In this document: piece after piece, positions 9,437 to 18,451 of the stretch
How positions within the stretch are numbered: position 1 is the first letter of the stretch
Layout: each line of letters starts with the position of its first letter
From: Myxococcota bacterium
Lineage (GTDB): Bacteria > Myxococcota_A > SURF-8
Assembly: GCA_963674735.2 (NCBI GenBank)
Contig: CAXXQS010000002.1
Span: 2,308,179 to 2,372,178, forward strand
DNA length: 64,000 nt
Reading direction: 5' to 3'
The notes under the pieces: model-generated
Database searches by the model: none
Seen by the model: only the letters and a program-made list of their open reading frames with translations
Told to the model about the DNA's origin: nothing
Translations under genes and position numbers: made by a program

Positions 9437-9465
9437 AACCTAGTATTCTGCCCGTCAATTGTCAA
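9437..9465 (-). promoter_or_regulatory. Putative sigma70 promoter of ino1
   Basis: Minus strand TTGACA-N17-TAGGTT. Confidence 0.4.
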
Positions 9466-9571
9466 CAGAATTCCATTGATTTCACCCCAAGGAAAAAAAC
9501 GCTGAAGGCTTTACAAATTTCCGGGGATTTTGTACCCTTATAAAGGAGTAACTTGTGCGGAGGATCGCTGA

Positions 9572-10060
9572 ATGGAGGACTACCTGATACGCCCCGTCGA
9601 ACCACGGGACGTAGAGCGCGTCATCGGCATCATATCTCGACACGACGAATCGGAGGGGGAACTGGCGCGCGACTATCTGGACGCGTATTTCCAGGATCCA
9701 CTGACCGCTCGCGAGTATGGACGTCACTATGTCGTGGAGTTGGACGAGGAAATCGTGGCGGTGGGCGGCTATTTATGCGAGCCTGTGCGCGGTGAGTTCT
9801 GGGTGGGTTTTCTGGTGGTGGATCCTTACTACCAGGGCCAGGGGATCGGCTCCCTGCTATTGGAACGCTTCGATGCCGATGTTCGATCCCTGGACGGTGC
9901 GGCGCTGCATGTGGCGGTTCCCGAGTCGGACGTGCTGAAGCGCTCGGCGCGTTTCTACGAAGTGAACGGCTTCAATCGCTGCGACGACGTTCTTGCGCCG
10001 CCGCTTCCCATGAAATCCGGAGGACAAATCTACCGCAAGCCGCTTGTTCCGCCCGGCTGA
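9572..10060 (+). CDS. GNAT family N-acetyltransferase
   Basis: VDPYYQGQGIGSLLL acetyl-CoA motif A and ARFYEVNGF. Confidence 0.85.
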   Translation: MEDYLIRPVEPRDVERVIGIISRHDESEGELARDYLDAYFQDPLTAREYGRHYVVELDEEIVAVGGYLCEPVRGEFWVGFLVVDPYYQGQGIGSLLLERFDADVRSLDGAALHVAVPESDVLKRSARFYEVNGFNRCDDVLAPPLPMKSGGQIYRKPLVPPG

Positions 10061-10135
10061 TCCGCGCCGCCCGACCTCTCGCAGACAGCGGCTGTAGCGC
10101 TGCGTCATCAACGACTTTTACCATAGGAGCCTGGG

Positions 10136-11161
10136 ATGGGGAATCGCGTTCGCTTCGATTTGACGGACCGCTCTTTTTACGAGGTGTGGTATCTCACCGT
10201 GGTGCATCGCCAAAGCGGCCAGGCCTTCTGGATCCGTTCGACGCTGTTGCAGGGTGTGTCCGATAACGGTCAACGGCGCGGCGGTTTGTGGTGCGCCCGA
10301 TTCGACCCGCGCGACGCCTCCCGCAATCTGTTGGTGCAACGCGCCTATCCCGAATCGCAGGTGCGGGTGGCTCCGAATGAAACCCCGGTGGCGGTGGGCG
10401 ATTCACTCTTCGATGACACGCGCTGGCAGGCCGCTTTCGTGCGTGACGGCTGGGCGGTGGATTGGGATCTGCACTGGGAGCCGCAGGAGGACACGGTGTG
10501 GATGATCCCCGATCTTGTCCGCCGCTCGCATATCCCCAAGGCCGACAGCAACGTGCCCCACATCGATATCAAACTCACCGGCACGCTCACCATCAACGGC
10601 GAAACGGTTACGTTCGACGGCGACCCGGCCGGGCAGGCGCATCATTGGGGGTACCACTACGCCAAGGAATGGATCTGGGGGCATTGCAACGTGTTCGACC
10701 ATGCCGAGGATTCGTGGCTGGAATTTCTTTCGGCCAAAATTTACGATGCGGGAAGCTGGACCTATCCCTTCACGATGCTGCAAGTGAAAACTCCCGAGGG
10801 GCGCTTCGGGGTGAACACGCCGTGGGCGCTGTTGCGTTCGCGCGCCACTTACGAAAACGGGAGTTGGCGGGTGACCGCGCAGGATGGAGAGCGACGCATC
10901 GAGCTGCACATGGCGGCCCCGCCGGAGCGCTTCGTTTGCGCGCCCTACGAATCGCCGCATCACGAGGCTTACTGGTGCCACAACAGCTGTCTGGCGGATC
11001 TGCGCTGCCGCGTGTTGAAACGCGAGGGGACGGTCTGGCGGCAGGAACGCGAATTGATCAGCACCGGCCGCGCCGCCGCCGAGTTCTGCACCACCCAGGA
11101 TACCACCCCGGCCGACTTCGTCTTCCGCACGCTGGCTCCGCCCGTGTTCGTGGGGGAGTAG
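10136..11161 (+). CDS. Tocopherol cyclase/AttH-like beta-barrel protein
   Basis: FYEVWYL, GTLTING and GQAHHWG...EWIWGHCN motifs. Confidence 0.55.
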   Translation: MGNRVRFDLTDRSFYEVWYLTVVHRQSGQAFWIRSTLLQGVSDNGQRRGGLWCARFDPRDASRNLLVQRAYPESQVRVAPNETPVAVGDSLFDDTRWQAAFVRDGWAVDWDLHWEPQEDTVWMIPDLVRRSHIPKADSNVPHIDIKLTGTLTINGETVTFDGDPAGQAHHWGYHYAKEWIWGHCNVFDHAEDSWLEFLSAKIYDAGSWTYPFTMLQVKTPEGRFGVNTPWALLRSRATYENGSWRVTAQDGERRIELHMAAPPERFVCAPYESPHHEAYWCHNSCLADLRCRVLKREGTVWRQERELISTGRAAAEFCTTQDTTPADFVFRTLAPPVFVGE

Positions 11162-11226
11162 GGGTAGGTATAACGGCTCAAATGAATGGGGGCTCATTCA
11201 AAATATGACTATTGGTGTTGTTTTAC

Positions 11227-11254
11227 TTGACAAAAATTGAGTTGGCAATAGAAT
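11227..11254 (+). promoter_or_regulatory. Putative sigma70 promoter of the AT-rich cassette
   Basis: TTGACA-N16-TAGAAT. Confidence 0.55.
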
Positions 11255-11477
11255 CGTCAAAAGATTTCTTGCGGGTATGCTGTAAAGCATAGTAATATAT
11301 GTTATTCAATAAGTTGCATTGAGATAGCTTGGAAAGCTTGGAAGTCGTTTGGCTGTTGTTTTCCAGCACGTACGGAGAGGCGTTGAGTGTGTTTGCAGCC
11401 ATGTCCAGTGATGATAAGATTCAAGATTTTTTAATAATGTCCGATCTATTTCGGGTGTAGGGGAGGGACAGAGAATT

Positions 11478-11825
11478 ATGATTTTGGACGTTTTTTATGG
11501 AGCGTTATTGGGGGTTATCTTCTCCAGGATATTTTGTCAAGGAAGTGTAGAATTAGGTGCAAGTGTTGGACTTGAATTTGTTCCTTGGGTAATGTTCTTA
11601 TTCGGAATCGCAGCGATACTAAGCAAGTATAGAGACGATGCGATGCGGCGTGATGGTTATTTGAAGCTGGCTATCTGGTTGGCTCTGCTGTTGCTTATGG
11701 TTCCCTTCGTATTGAATTCCTTTTCTGTAGAAATAGCAGGAATATTTGCCCATGCTCTCGCAATTGGTGTTGCGACGTTTTTCTGGATTGTAGCGAATGA
11801 ACTAGTCCATAAACCAATGTGGTAA
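11478..11825 (+). CDS. Hypothetical 4-TM membrane protein (AT-rich insert)
   Basis: 115 aa with four hydrophobic segments; RBS GGAGG. Confidence 0.65.
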   Translation: MILDVFYGALLGVIFSRIFCQGSVELGASVGLEFVPWVMFLFGIAAILSKYRDDAMRRDGYLKLAIWLALLLLMVPFVLNSFSVEIAGIFAHALAIGVATFFWIVANELVHKPMW

Positions 11826-11847
11826 GAAAACATAAAGAGAGGGTTGC

Positions 11848-12159
11848 ATGACAACCGAAGAAATGATTCTGATGATCCTTACAATCCTTGCGTTAGCGGG
11901 TCTTCTTGTCTATTTGCATTTCATTAAACCCGTCTTAGTGACGAGGCGAGATAGGCAAAGACATTCCAATGGTGGTGGGCCGTCGATGTCTTTGGAAAGA
12001 AGCTCTTCTGCCGAGAGAGGGGGATTATCTAGCCTCCGCACTTTGACAGCTAATTTGAGTGGAGGGCGGATCGAAATAACGGATGGAAACGCAGATATTC
12101 TGCTCAATGCTTTGGATCAGGTTTGGCAAAAGCACAAAAAGCCGGAAGGCGCAGAATAG
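11848..12159 (+). CDS. Hypothetical single-TM protein (AT-rich insert)
   Basis: N-terminal hydrophobic helix followed by basic TRRDRQR; RBS GAGGG. Confidence 0.6.
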   Translation: MTTEEMILMILTILALAGLLVYLHFIKPVLVTRRDRQRHSNGGGPSMSLERSSSAERGGLSSLRTLTANLSGGRIEITDGNADILLNALDQVWQKHKKPEGAE

Positions 12160-12216
12160 ACCCACCTTTGAAATTTGTCCGTGGCTATAAACGTTCATAT
12201 GCCGATGGGAGTTTGA

Positions 12217-12972
12217 ATGCTTGATACTCGGTTAAGCTATGCTAGGGGTGTGTCCGAAACTCTGAGAGAAGATTTGGGACGAAACCAGATTGATAAAGAT
12301 GGGTTGTTGGATATTGCGACCGATATCACCACGAGATTGAAATGTGAATTTGAGTTTGCTTCGATCGATCTTCCCAAGGAACAATTCAAAGCTTTGGTTG
12401 CCTTTAAATCAAGTATTCGAACCTATTGTCTGTTGATCAATAAAAATTTGATTGCAGGCTCTGAATCTGAAAAATCGACAAGTCCATCGGAGTGGTTTTT
12501 TATTGCCCACGAAGTGGGGCATATCGTGTTACATCGGGATTTATTCGATGTTGAAGTGATGCGTCAATCCCCTGAGCTTGAAGACCAAGCCGACTTTTTT
12601 GCACGTCTCTGTTTCTGGCCACTTGAGCGAATCACTTTGGCCTTGGCCACCGGGAAAGAGTTTGGGGAAGCCACGGGATATAAAGAAGTCATGGATCTTA
12701 ATATGGCAAAGGAGGAGTTTCCACCCAAAATCAGCTCTGAACGGTCGTATTCCAGAGATGACTTGTGTCACCAATTGGCCATATTTGCTTCTCAAGCATA
12801 CGAGGATAAGGGTTGGAACAGTCAGGTTAATGTCCGCTGGTCCTACTTGAGCATGCTTCGTTATGCGAATGAATTTCTCTATCAATATGAGAGATATTTA
12901 CCCCATTCCTATTGTAAGTTTATGTCTTATTTATCTCCTTATGCCATCGGGCACAACGGGTCTTACCGTTAG
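12217..12972 (+). CDS. ImmA/IrrE family (M78) zinc metallopeptidase
   Basis: FFIAHEVGHIVLH (HExxH) with the downstream ExxAxxFA motif EDQADFFA..FWP. Confidence 0.8.
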   Translation: MLDTRLSYARGVSETLREDLGRNQIDKDGLLDIATDITTRLKCEFEFASIDLPKEQFKALVAFKSSIRTYCLLINKNLIAGSESEKSTSPSEWFFIAHEVGHIVLHRDLFDVEVMRQSPELEDQADFFARLCFWPLERITLALATGKEFGEATGYKEVMDLNMAKEEFPPKISSERSYSRDDLCHQLAIFASQAYEDKGWNSQVNVRWSYLSMLRYANEFLYQYERYLPHSYCKFMSYLSPYAIGHNGSYR

Positions 12973-13010
12973 AGTCTCTGATCCACATCAGGATTAAACA
13001 AACATCCCAC

Positions 13011-13036
13011 AAAAAAGCCCCCTCGGCTGAGGGGGC
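13011..13036 (-). terminator. Rho-independent terminator after purH
   Basis: gccccctc-ggct-gagggggc stem with A6 on the plus strand (U6 on the minus strand). Confidence 0.75.
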
Positions 13037-13066
13037 GTAATCGTAGCGGGAAAAGCTTCGCGGCGT

Positions 13067-14317
13067 TTAGTGGCGGAAGCTGCGTTGGCCCGTGAAGACC
13101 ATCGTCGCTCCGGCTTCGTTGCAGGCTTCGATCGACTGGTAGTCGTTCATCGAGCCGCCCGCCTGCAGGATGGCTTTCACGCCCTCGCGCAGGCCCACGT
13201 CCACGCCGTCGCGGAAGGGGAAGAAGGCGTCGGAGATCATCACCGAGCCGGGCAGGCCGCCCTTGGCTTCGCGCACGGCGGCGTCGATGGCGGCTTTGGC
13301 GTCGGCGTCCTGCAGGTCGTTGTAGGGCATCTGGTGGCGCTCGAAGCAAAGGCGGTCGGACAATTTGCGGTAGGCCTTGTCGCGCGCGATTTCGGCCACG
13401 CCCACGCGGTCCTGCTCGCCGGTGCCGATGCCCACGGTGACGCCGTCCTTGACGTACAGGATGGAGTTGGAGGTTACGCCCGCTTCGACCATCCAGCCGA
13501 AGATCATGTCGCGTACTTCCTGCTCGCTGGGCTCACGGTTGATTTTATAGGTCTGGCCTTTGTAGTCCGTTTCGGCCAGCTTCAGTTCGGCGGGCGTCTG
13601 CCCTACCGGCGTGAAACTGTTCTGCACGATCAGGCCGCCGTCGATCAGACTTTTGAATTCGAGGGTTTTGGTGGGCGCGAATTCCTTGAGGCGCTGCATG
13701 TTGCCGATTTTCAGGATGCGTAGGTTTTTGCGCGCCGCCAGAATTTCCACCGCGCCTTCTTCATATTCCGGGGCGACCACCACTTCGGCGTAACGTTGAG
13801 CGATTTCGCGGGCGGTGTCGGTGTCGCAGGCACGGTTCAGGGCGATGCAGCCGCCGAAGGCCGCCACGCGGTCGGCCAGATCGGCCTTCACATAGGCCTC
13901 GGCCAGGGAGGTCGCGCGCGCCACACCGCAGGGGTTGTTGTGCTTCATGATGGCGACGGTGGGTTCGTCCATCAGGTAACGCAAAATATTGAGGGCGTTG
14001 TCGGCGTCGGTGAGGTTGGTTTTGCCCGGATGTTTACCCGATTGCAAAAGCTCCATATCGCTGACCAGGTAGCGTCCCGGCGCGATGGTGGTGATGTCGC
14101 CCAGCACCAGGTTGCCGTTGGTCAGTTTGTACAGCGCCGCTTCCTGCCCCGGATTTTCGCCGTAGCGCAGGCCTTTCTCGACGCCGTCGATGACCCAACT
14201 CGCCTTTTCGTAGCACAGCGTGGTCCGCTTGGCGCCGTCGATGAAACTCACTTCCATCTGCGGCGGGAAGTGGTCGTCCATAATGGTGCGATAGGCTTTT
14301 TTCAGATCGTCCGCCAT
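13067..14317 (-). CDS. purH: AICAR transformylase (stand-alone C-terminal PurH domain)
   Basis: LRYGENPGQ, MKHNNPCG, AFGG, GIGTGEQDR and SDAFFPFRDG motifs. Confidence 0.88.
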   Translation of the reverse strand: MADDLKKAYRTIMDDHFPPQMEVSFIDGAKRTTLCYEKASWVIDGVEKGLRYGENPGQEAALYKLTNGNLVLGDITTIAPGRYLVSDMELLQSGKHPGKTNLTDADNALNILRYLMDEPTVAIMKHNNPCGVARATSLAEAYVKADLADRVAAFGGCIALNRACDTDTAREIAQRYAEVVVAPEYEEGAVEILAARKNLRILKIGNMQRLKEFAPTKTLEFKSLIDGGLIVQNSFTPVGQTPAELKLAETDYKGQTYKINREPSEQEVRDMIFGWMVEAGVTSNSILYVKDGVTVGIGTGEQDRVGVAEIARDKAYRKLSDRLCFERHQMPYNDLQDADAKAAIDAAVREAKGGLPGSVMISDAFFPFRDGVDVGLREGVKAILQAGGSMNDYQSIEACNEAGATMVFTGQRSFRH

Positions 14318-14351
14318 AACTTACTCCTTTATCATCGGCCGAAGACGCCGA

Positions 14352-15041
14352 CTAGATTTTGTCGCGATGGGTGTACAGGGTGGCTACGGAGCCGGGCTCC
14401 CGCTCGTTGAGATAGGCCGCGATGGCCGTATCGTAGGCGGCGGTATGGGCAAAGGCCTTTTGGCTGAGCTTGAATCGGGTTGCCAGGTTGAGCTGTCCGC
14501 CGTTGTCGCGCAGCATGTCGAGCAGGAAACGGTAATCGGCCGGATTGACCACCGACGAGACGCGCAGGTAGTTTTTGGCCGCCGCGCGGATCATGGTGGG
14601 GCCGCCGATGTCGATGTTGCCGCGCGCCTGTTCGACGGTGACGCCTTCTTTGGCGATGGTTTCTTTAAAGGGATAGAGATTGACCACCACCATATCGATG
14701 GGGTAGCCGTCCACCCGCTTCAGGTCGTCCTGGTGGGAGTCGTTGTAGGTTTCGGTGAGCAACCCGAGATAGATTTTGAAATCGAGGGTTTTCACCAGTC
14801 CGCCCTGGGTTTCCGGCTGGCCGGTGTACTCGGAAACCGGTGTCAGATGGCCCTTGGCTTTGTCGCCCAGGATCTTTTCGATGGCGGCGTAGGTGCCGCC
14901 GGTGGAGTAGAACTGGATTTCGGGGATCAGTTCCAGAAGGCCGGGGATCAGCGTGTCGAGGCCGGACTTGTCGGAAACCGAAATCAGGACGCGTTTGACG
15001 GCCACCCAGTTGTCTACGTCGGTTACGAAATTGACGGACAT
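14352..15041 (-). CDS. IMP cyclohydrolase (stand-alone N-terminal MGS-like PurH domain)
   Basis: LISVSDKSGL, STGGT, GGLVKTL, VVNLYPF and IDIGGPTMIRAAAKN motifs; RBS GGAGGG. Confidence 0.88.
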   Translation of the reverse strand: MSVNFVTDVDNWVAVKRVLISVSDKSGLDTLIPGLLELIPEIQFYSTGGTYAAIEKILGDKAKGHLTPVSEYTGQPETQGGLVKTLDFKIYLGLLTETYNDSHQDDLKRVDGYPIDMVVVNLYPFKETIAKEGVTVEQARGNIDIGGPTMIRAAAKNYLRVSSVVNPADYRFLLDMLRDNGGQLNLATRFKLSQKAFAHTAAYDTAIAAYLNEREPGSVATLYTHRDKI

Positions 15042-15085
15042 GATACCCTCCACGAAAGATTGACAGTCATTGACAGTGCGGCCCC

Positions 15086-15113
15086 ACTATAGCGATCCCG
15101 TAAAAAATTTCAA
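15086..15113 (-). promoter_or_regulatory. Putative sigma70 promoter of the split purH operon
   Basis: Minus strand TTGAAA-N16-TATAGT. Confidence 0.5.
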
Positions 15114-15215
15114 GCCAAAAAAAGGCCCTTTGCAAGTACTTGTAAATGCCTGTGATTCCGCAGCTTATTGGATCGCATGGAACGAATTGGCTTGGTTTTG
15201 CTTACATGACTGATG

Positions 15216-15248
15216 AAAAAAACGACGACCGGATATTCCGATCGCCGT
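15216..15248 (-). terminator. Rho-independent terminator after iorB
   Basis: Minus strand acggcgatcgg-loop-ccggtcgtcgt followed by a T-tract. Confidence 0.65.
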
Positions 15249-15283
15249 GAGTTTACAGGTTTTACAGATCGGATATATGTTTT

Positions 15284-15862
15284 TCAGGACGCGCGTGCCT
15301 GTTCGAACACGGACAGATTGGCCTCCAGCGCATGAGGCGGCAGCACTGCCTGCAAGGTTTCGCGCAGAATATCGGCGCTGAGGCCCTCAACTAAATCAAG
15401 GCTGGCGAGGCGACCGAGAAGCGCCACGTTCGACATGCGCACATCCGGAATTCCCTGAACAAAGACCTTTTCGACTTTGATGCGCTTTTCCTTTAGCGGG
15501 CTGGCGAGGTCGTCATCATTGGGATAGGGAGCCTGACCGCTGCGCACCATCTGGGGTTGCTGCACGGCGTTGTAGTAGACCAACGTGCCGCCCGGTTTGA
15601 GCATGCTCGTCGCTCCGCGCAGACCTTCCAGGCGTTCGAGCGCGATGACCAAATCGGCTTCGCCCGGCGGTGTCATGGGGTAAAAGACGCTTTGGCCGAT
15701 ACGCAGATGCGAGACGACGATTCCACCGCGCTGGGCCAGACCGTGGGTTTCCACCGAGCGCACCTGATATCCGGCCGCCAGACAGGCACGCGAAAGCACC
15801 TCGCCCAAAAGCGCGATACCCTGGCCGCCCACACCGCATAGATAGAGATTCATGGCTTTCAT
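15284..15862 (-). CDS. iorB: Indolepyruvate:ferredoxin oxidoreductase beta subunit
   Basis: GVGGQG, ETHGLAQRGG.VVSHLRIG and NVALLG motifs; ATGA overlap with the iorA stop. The ORF track's extension to 16477 is spurious. Confidence 0.9.
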   Translation of the reverse strand: MKAMNLYLCGVGGQGIALLGEVLSRACLAAGYQVRSVETHGLAQRGGIVVSHLRIGQSVFYPMTPPGEADLVIALERLEGLRGATSMLKPGGTLVYYNAVQQPQMVRSGQAPYPNDDDLASPLKEKRIKVEKVFVQGIPDVRMSNVALLGRLASLDLVEGLSADILRETLQAVLPPHALEANLSVFEQARAS

Positions 15863-17760
15863 TTCAGCACCTCTTGGCGTTTCTTCATGACGAGCCCGCC
15901 GCTCGGACTCGACGGCCGGCAGCTTCCACAGCCGATGCATAGAGAGGCGTTGACCCCCACCGTATCGTCGTCTTGGCGTTCGAAGCTCGGGCAGCCGAAG
16001 CCTACGATGGCCTCGTTTTCGCCTTGCGGGATTTTCTCGGATTCGACCGTCATCAGCATGGGCGGTTGCAGGCCTTTTTTGCTGAGCTGGCGTCCCCATT
16101 TTAGCATGCAGGGATGGGACGCCACCACCACCGAAAAGCCCTTGTGGTCCATCGAGGTTTTGATGGCGGTCAGCAGTTTGTCGTGATTGTAGCAATCGAC
16201 CGTATCGATCACCTTGGCCCCCATCCCTTCCAAAACGTTTTGGATGGGTATCTTCTCGCCCACCTCGCCGGAGCCCGGATTGGGCTGCTGGCCGGTCATG
16301 GCGGTGGTGCCGTTTTCCATGACGATCAGGGTGATGTCGTGATCGTAGAGCACGGCGTTGACGATCCCCGGCATCCCGGCGTGGTAGAAGGTCGAATCGC
16401 CGAGAAAGGCCACCACCTTGCGCGTGTCGTTGCCGATGGACAAGCCTGCTGCGGTACCGGTGGAATGGCCCATGCACAGCAGCACCTGCCCCACGTTGTA
16501 GGGTTCGAAGGCGCCCATGGTGTGGCAGCCGATGTCGGCCACGGTGATGTCGCTGTCGCCGAGCGCTTTTTTGACGGCGAAGAAGGCGGCGCGGTGGCCG
16601 CAGCCGGAACAGAACGTGGGCGCACGCGGGGGTAAATTTTGTACCGGCGATGGGCCGGATTCTCGCGGCGTGAACAGCTTGGGCCAGACGCCCGCCAAGA
16701 TGTCCCAGGTGGCGCGCGGTCCCAATTCGCCTGGCAGGTAGCGGTCGGGTTTGGCGTGCAGCTTGACGGAAATCCCGGCGTCGAAGGCCAGCGCCTTCAA
16801 CTCCTGCTCCATGACGCGGTCGAGTTCTTCCACGACCAGCACTTCGTCGTGATTCTGCATGAATTCAACGAGGTGGCGTTTGGGCAGCGGATAGCTTAAG
16901 CCCAGGCGGAAGAGATCGATGGGGTGCTTGCTTTCGCTGAGATTTTCGAGCAGCGACAAAGCGGGCAGGGAGGCGGTGATCAAGCCCAGGCGCTTGCCGT
17001 CGATCAGCTCCGAACTGTTGGGGGATAGCACTTGATTGGCTGCATGCGTTTCGGCTTCCTCCGCCACGGCGTTCAGCTTGGCGAGTGCGCGCGCCTTCAT
17101 GGGGTCGACCAGGCGCGTGATGGGGATGAACGGCCCGCCGTTTTCGGGGCTGAAACGCGGGGTCCAGTCGTAATCGGAGTCGGGGCTCCAGGAGGCGAAG
17201 TCGACCACCTCGCGGGCGTGACAGACGTGTGTCGTCAACCGCAGAAAGACCGGCATGCGACGTGTTTGCGACAACTCGGCCGCCTGTAGAAACATGCGAT
17301 AGGTTTCGCCGGGGGTGGCGGGTTCGAACATCGGGATGTAGGACATGCGGGCGAAGTGGCGATTGTCCTGCTCGTTCTGCGACGAATTCATGCCCGGATC
17401 GTCGCCCAGGATGATGACCATGCCGCCCAGCAGTTCCATCAGCGCCAACTGCACCGCCGAATCGGAGGCGACGTTGAGCCCGACGGACTTGAAAAAGACG
17501 GTGGACAGATGCCCGTTCATACTCGCGCCGAAGGCTACTTCCAACGCCACTTTTTCGTTGACGGAATATTCGAAGCGGAATGGCCGTTCCTCGACCCGGA
17601 TCGACTGGATAGCGTCGGCGATTTCGGGTGTGGGTGAGCCGGGGTAGGTGGTGGTCACCTTGACCCCCGCCTCGATCATGCCGCGCACGAGCGCGTGATT
17701 TCCCATCATCAACTCCGAAAACGCCTCGGTCGAGAGAAGTTGTTCGTTTAATCGTTTCAT
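15859..17760 (-). CDS. iorA: Indolepyruvate:ferredoxin oxidoreductase alpha subunit
   Basis: YPGSPTPEI, NEKVALE, SSQNEQDNR, FCSGCGHR, DIGC, GDSTF and ENGTTAMTG TPP motifs; RBS AGGAG before 17760. Confidence 0.92.
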   Translation of the reverse strand: MKRLNEQLLSTEAFSELMMGNHALVRGMIEAGVKVTTTYPGSPTPEIADAIQSIRVEERPFRFEYSVNEKVALEVAFGASMNGHLSTVFFKSVGLNVASDSAVQLALMELLGGMVIILGDDPGMNSSQNEQDNRHFARMSYIPMFEPATPGETYRMFLQAAELSQTRRMPVFLRLTTHVCHAREVVDFASWSPDSDYDWTPRFSPENGGPFIPITRLVDPMKARALAKLNAVAEEAETHAANQVLSPNSSELIDGKRLGLITASLPALSLLENLSESKHPIDLFRLGLSYPLPKRHLVEFMQNHDEVLVVEELDRVMEQELKALAFDAGISVKLHAKPDRYLPGELGPRATWDILAGVWPKLFTPRESGPSPVQNLPPRAPTFCSGCGHRAAFFAVKKALGDSDITVADIGCHTMGAFEPYNVGQVLLCMGHSTGTAAGLSIGNDTRKVVAFLGDSTFYHAGMPGIVNAVLYDHDITLIVMENGTTAMTGQQPNPGSGEVGEKIPIQNVLEGMGAKVIDTVDCYNHDKLLTAIKTSMDHKGFSVVVASHPCMLKWGRQLSKKGLQPPMLMTVESEKIPQGENEAIVGFGCPSFERQDDDTVGVNASLCIGCGSCRPSSPSGGLVMKKRQEVLK

Positions 17761-17968
17761 CGGCACTCCTTCGGCTCGCGTCGCCTCTTTCACTCGGCGG
17801 GGCCGCCCTTGGGAGCGGTCCACGCAAACGGGGCGGCGGGTCGCCATGGATCAATCGAGATTGCTTTCAATAGAAGGCTGAACGGGGGGGTGAAATTCCG
17901 CTTTTTCGTTTTCGGCGAAACGTGTTGGGATGTCTAGGGTTTTATGTGTCTGGAGCTTGGGATACCGC

Positions 17969-18430
17969 TCAGGTGTTGCGGAATTGGTCGCGGCCGCTGA
18001 CATCGGAAGGGAGCGAGGTGATGGAGAAGGTGGCCTGTCCGATGGCCATTAAGCGATCGGATTCATTGTAAAGTTTCATCTCGGACATGATCAGGCTTCT
18101 ACCGACATGCAGGATGTCTCCAATCGAGTAGAGCGCTTCCGCGCGCGCGGCGCGAAGGAGTTTCATGGAAAAATCCACGGTCGCCACCCAGGTATCGACC
18201 TGCGTGGCCGCCGTAAACCACCCGGCGTTGTCGAGCAGGGTGGCGTAAATGCCGCCGTGGATGCCGCCCAGAGCATGGTCGAAATCGGCTTTGTAGGGCA
18301 TGTCGAAGCGGGCCTGACCGTTGGATTGGTAGCTGAGTTCCATATTCAAGGCATGCTTGATGGGAGCGTTGTCGAACAACTCCTTCAGGCGTTTCTGACG
18401 GCGTTCGAGCGTCGCGAGCGATTCAGGCAT
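17969..18430 (-). CDS. PaaI family hotdog thioesterase
   Basis: HGGIYATLLDNA motif. Confidence 0.85.
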   Translation of the reverse strand: MPESLATLERRQKRLKELFDNAPIKHALNMELSYQSNGQARFDMPYKADFDHALGGIHGGIYATLLDNAGWFTAATQVDTWVATVDFSMKLLRAARAEALYSIGDILHVGRSLIMSEMKLYNESDRLMAIGQATFSITSLPSDVSGRDQFRNT

Positions 18431-18451
18431 GACGACTCCTTGGGGATGATG

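Noticed and set aside
11162-13010. Prophage/ICE or IS origin for the AT-rich insert
   Set aside because: No integrase, transposase, tRNA target or flanking direct repeats are visible; kept only as a compositional island.
15863-16477. N-terminal extension of the iorB ORF suggesting an iorA-iorB fusion or frameshift
   Set aside because: iorA is complete in its own frame and iorB starts at an ATGA overlap at 15862.
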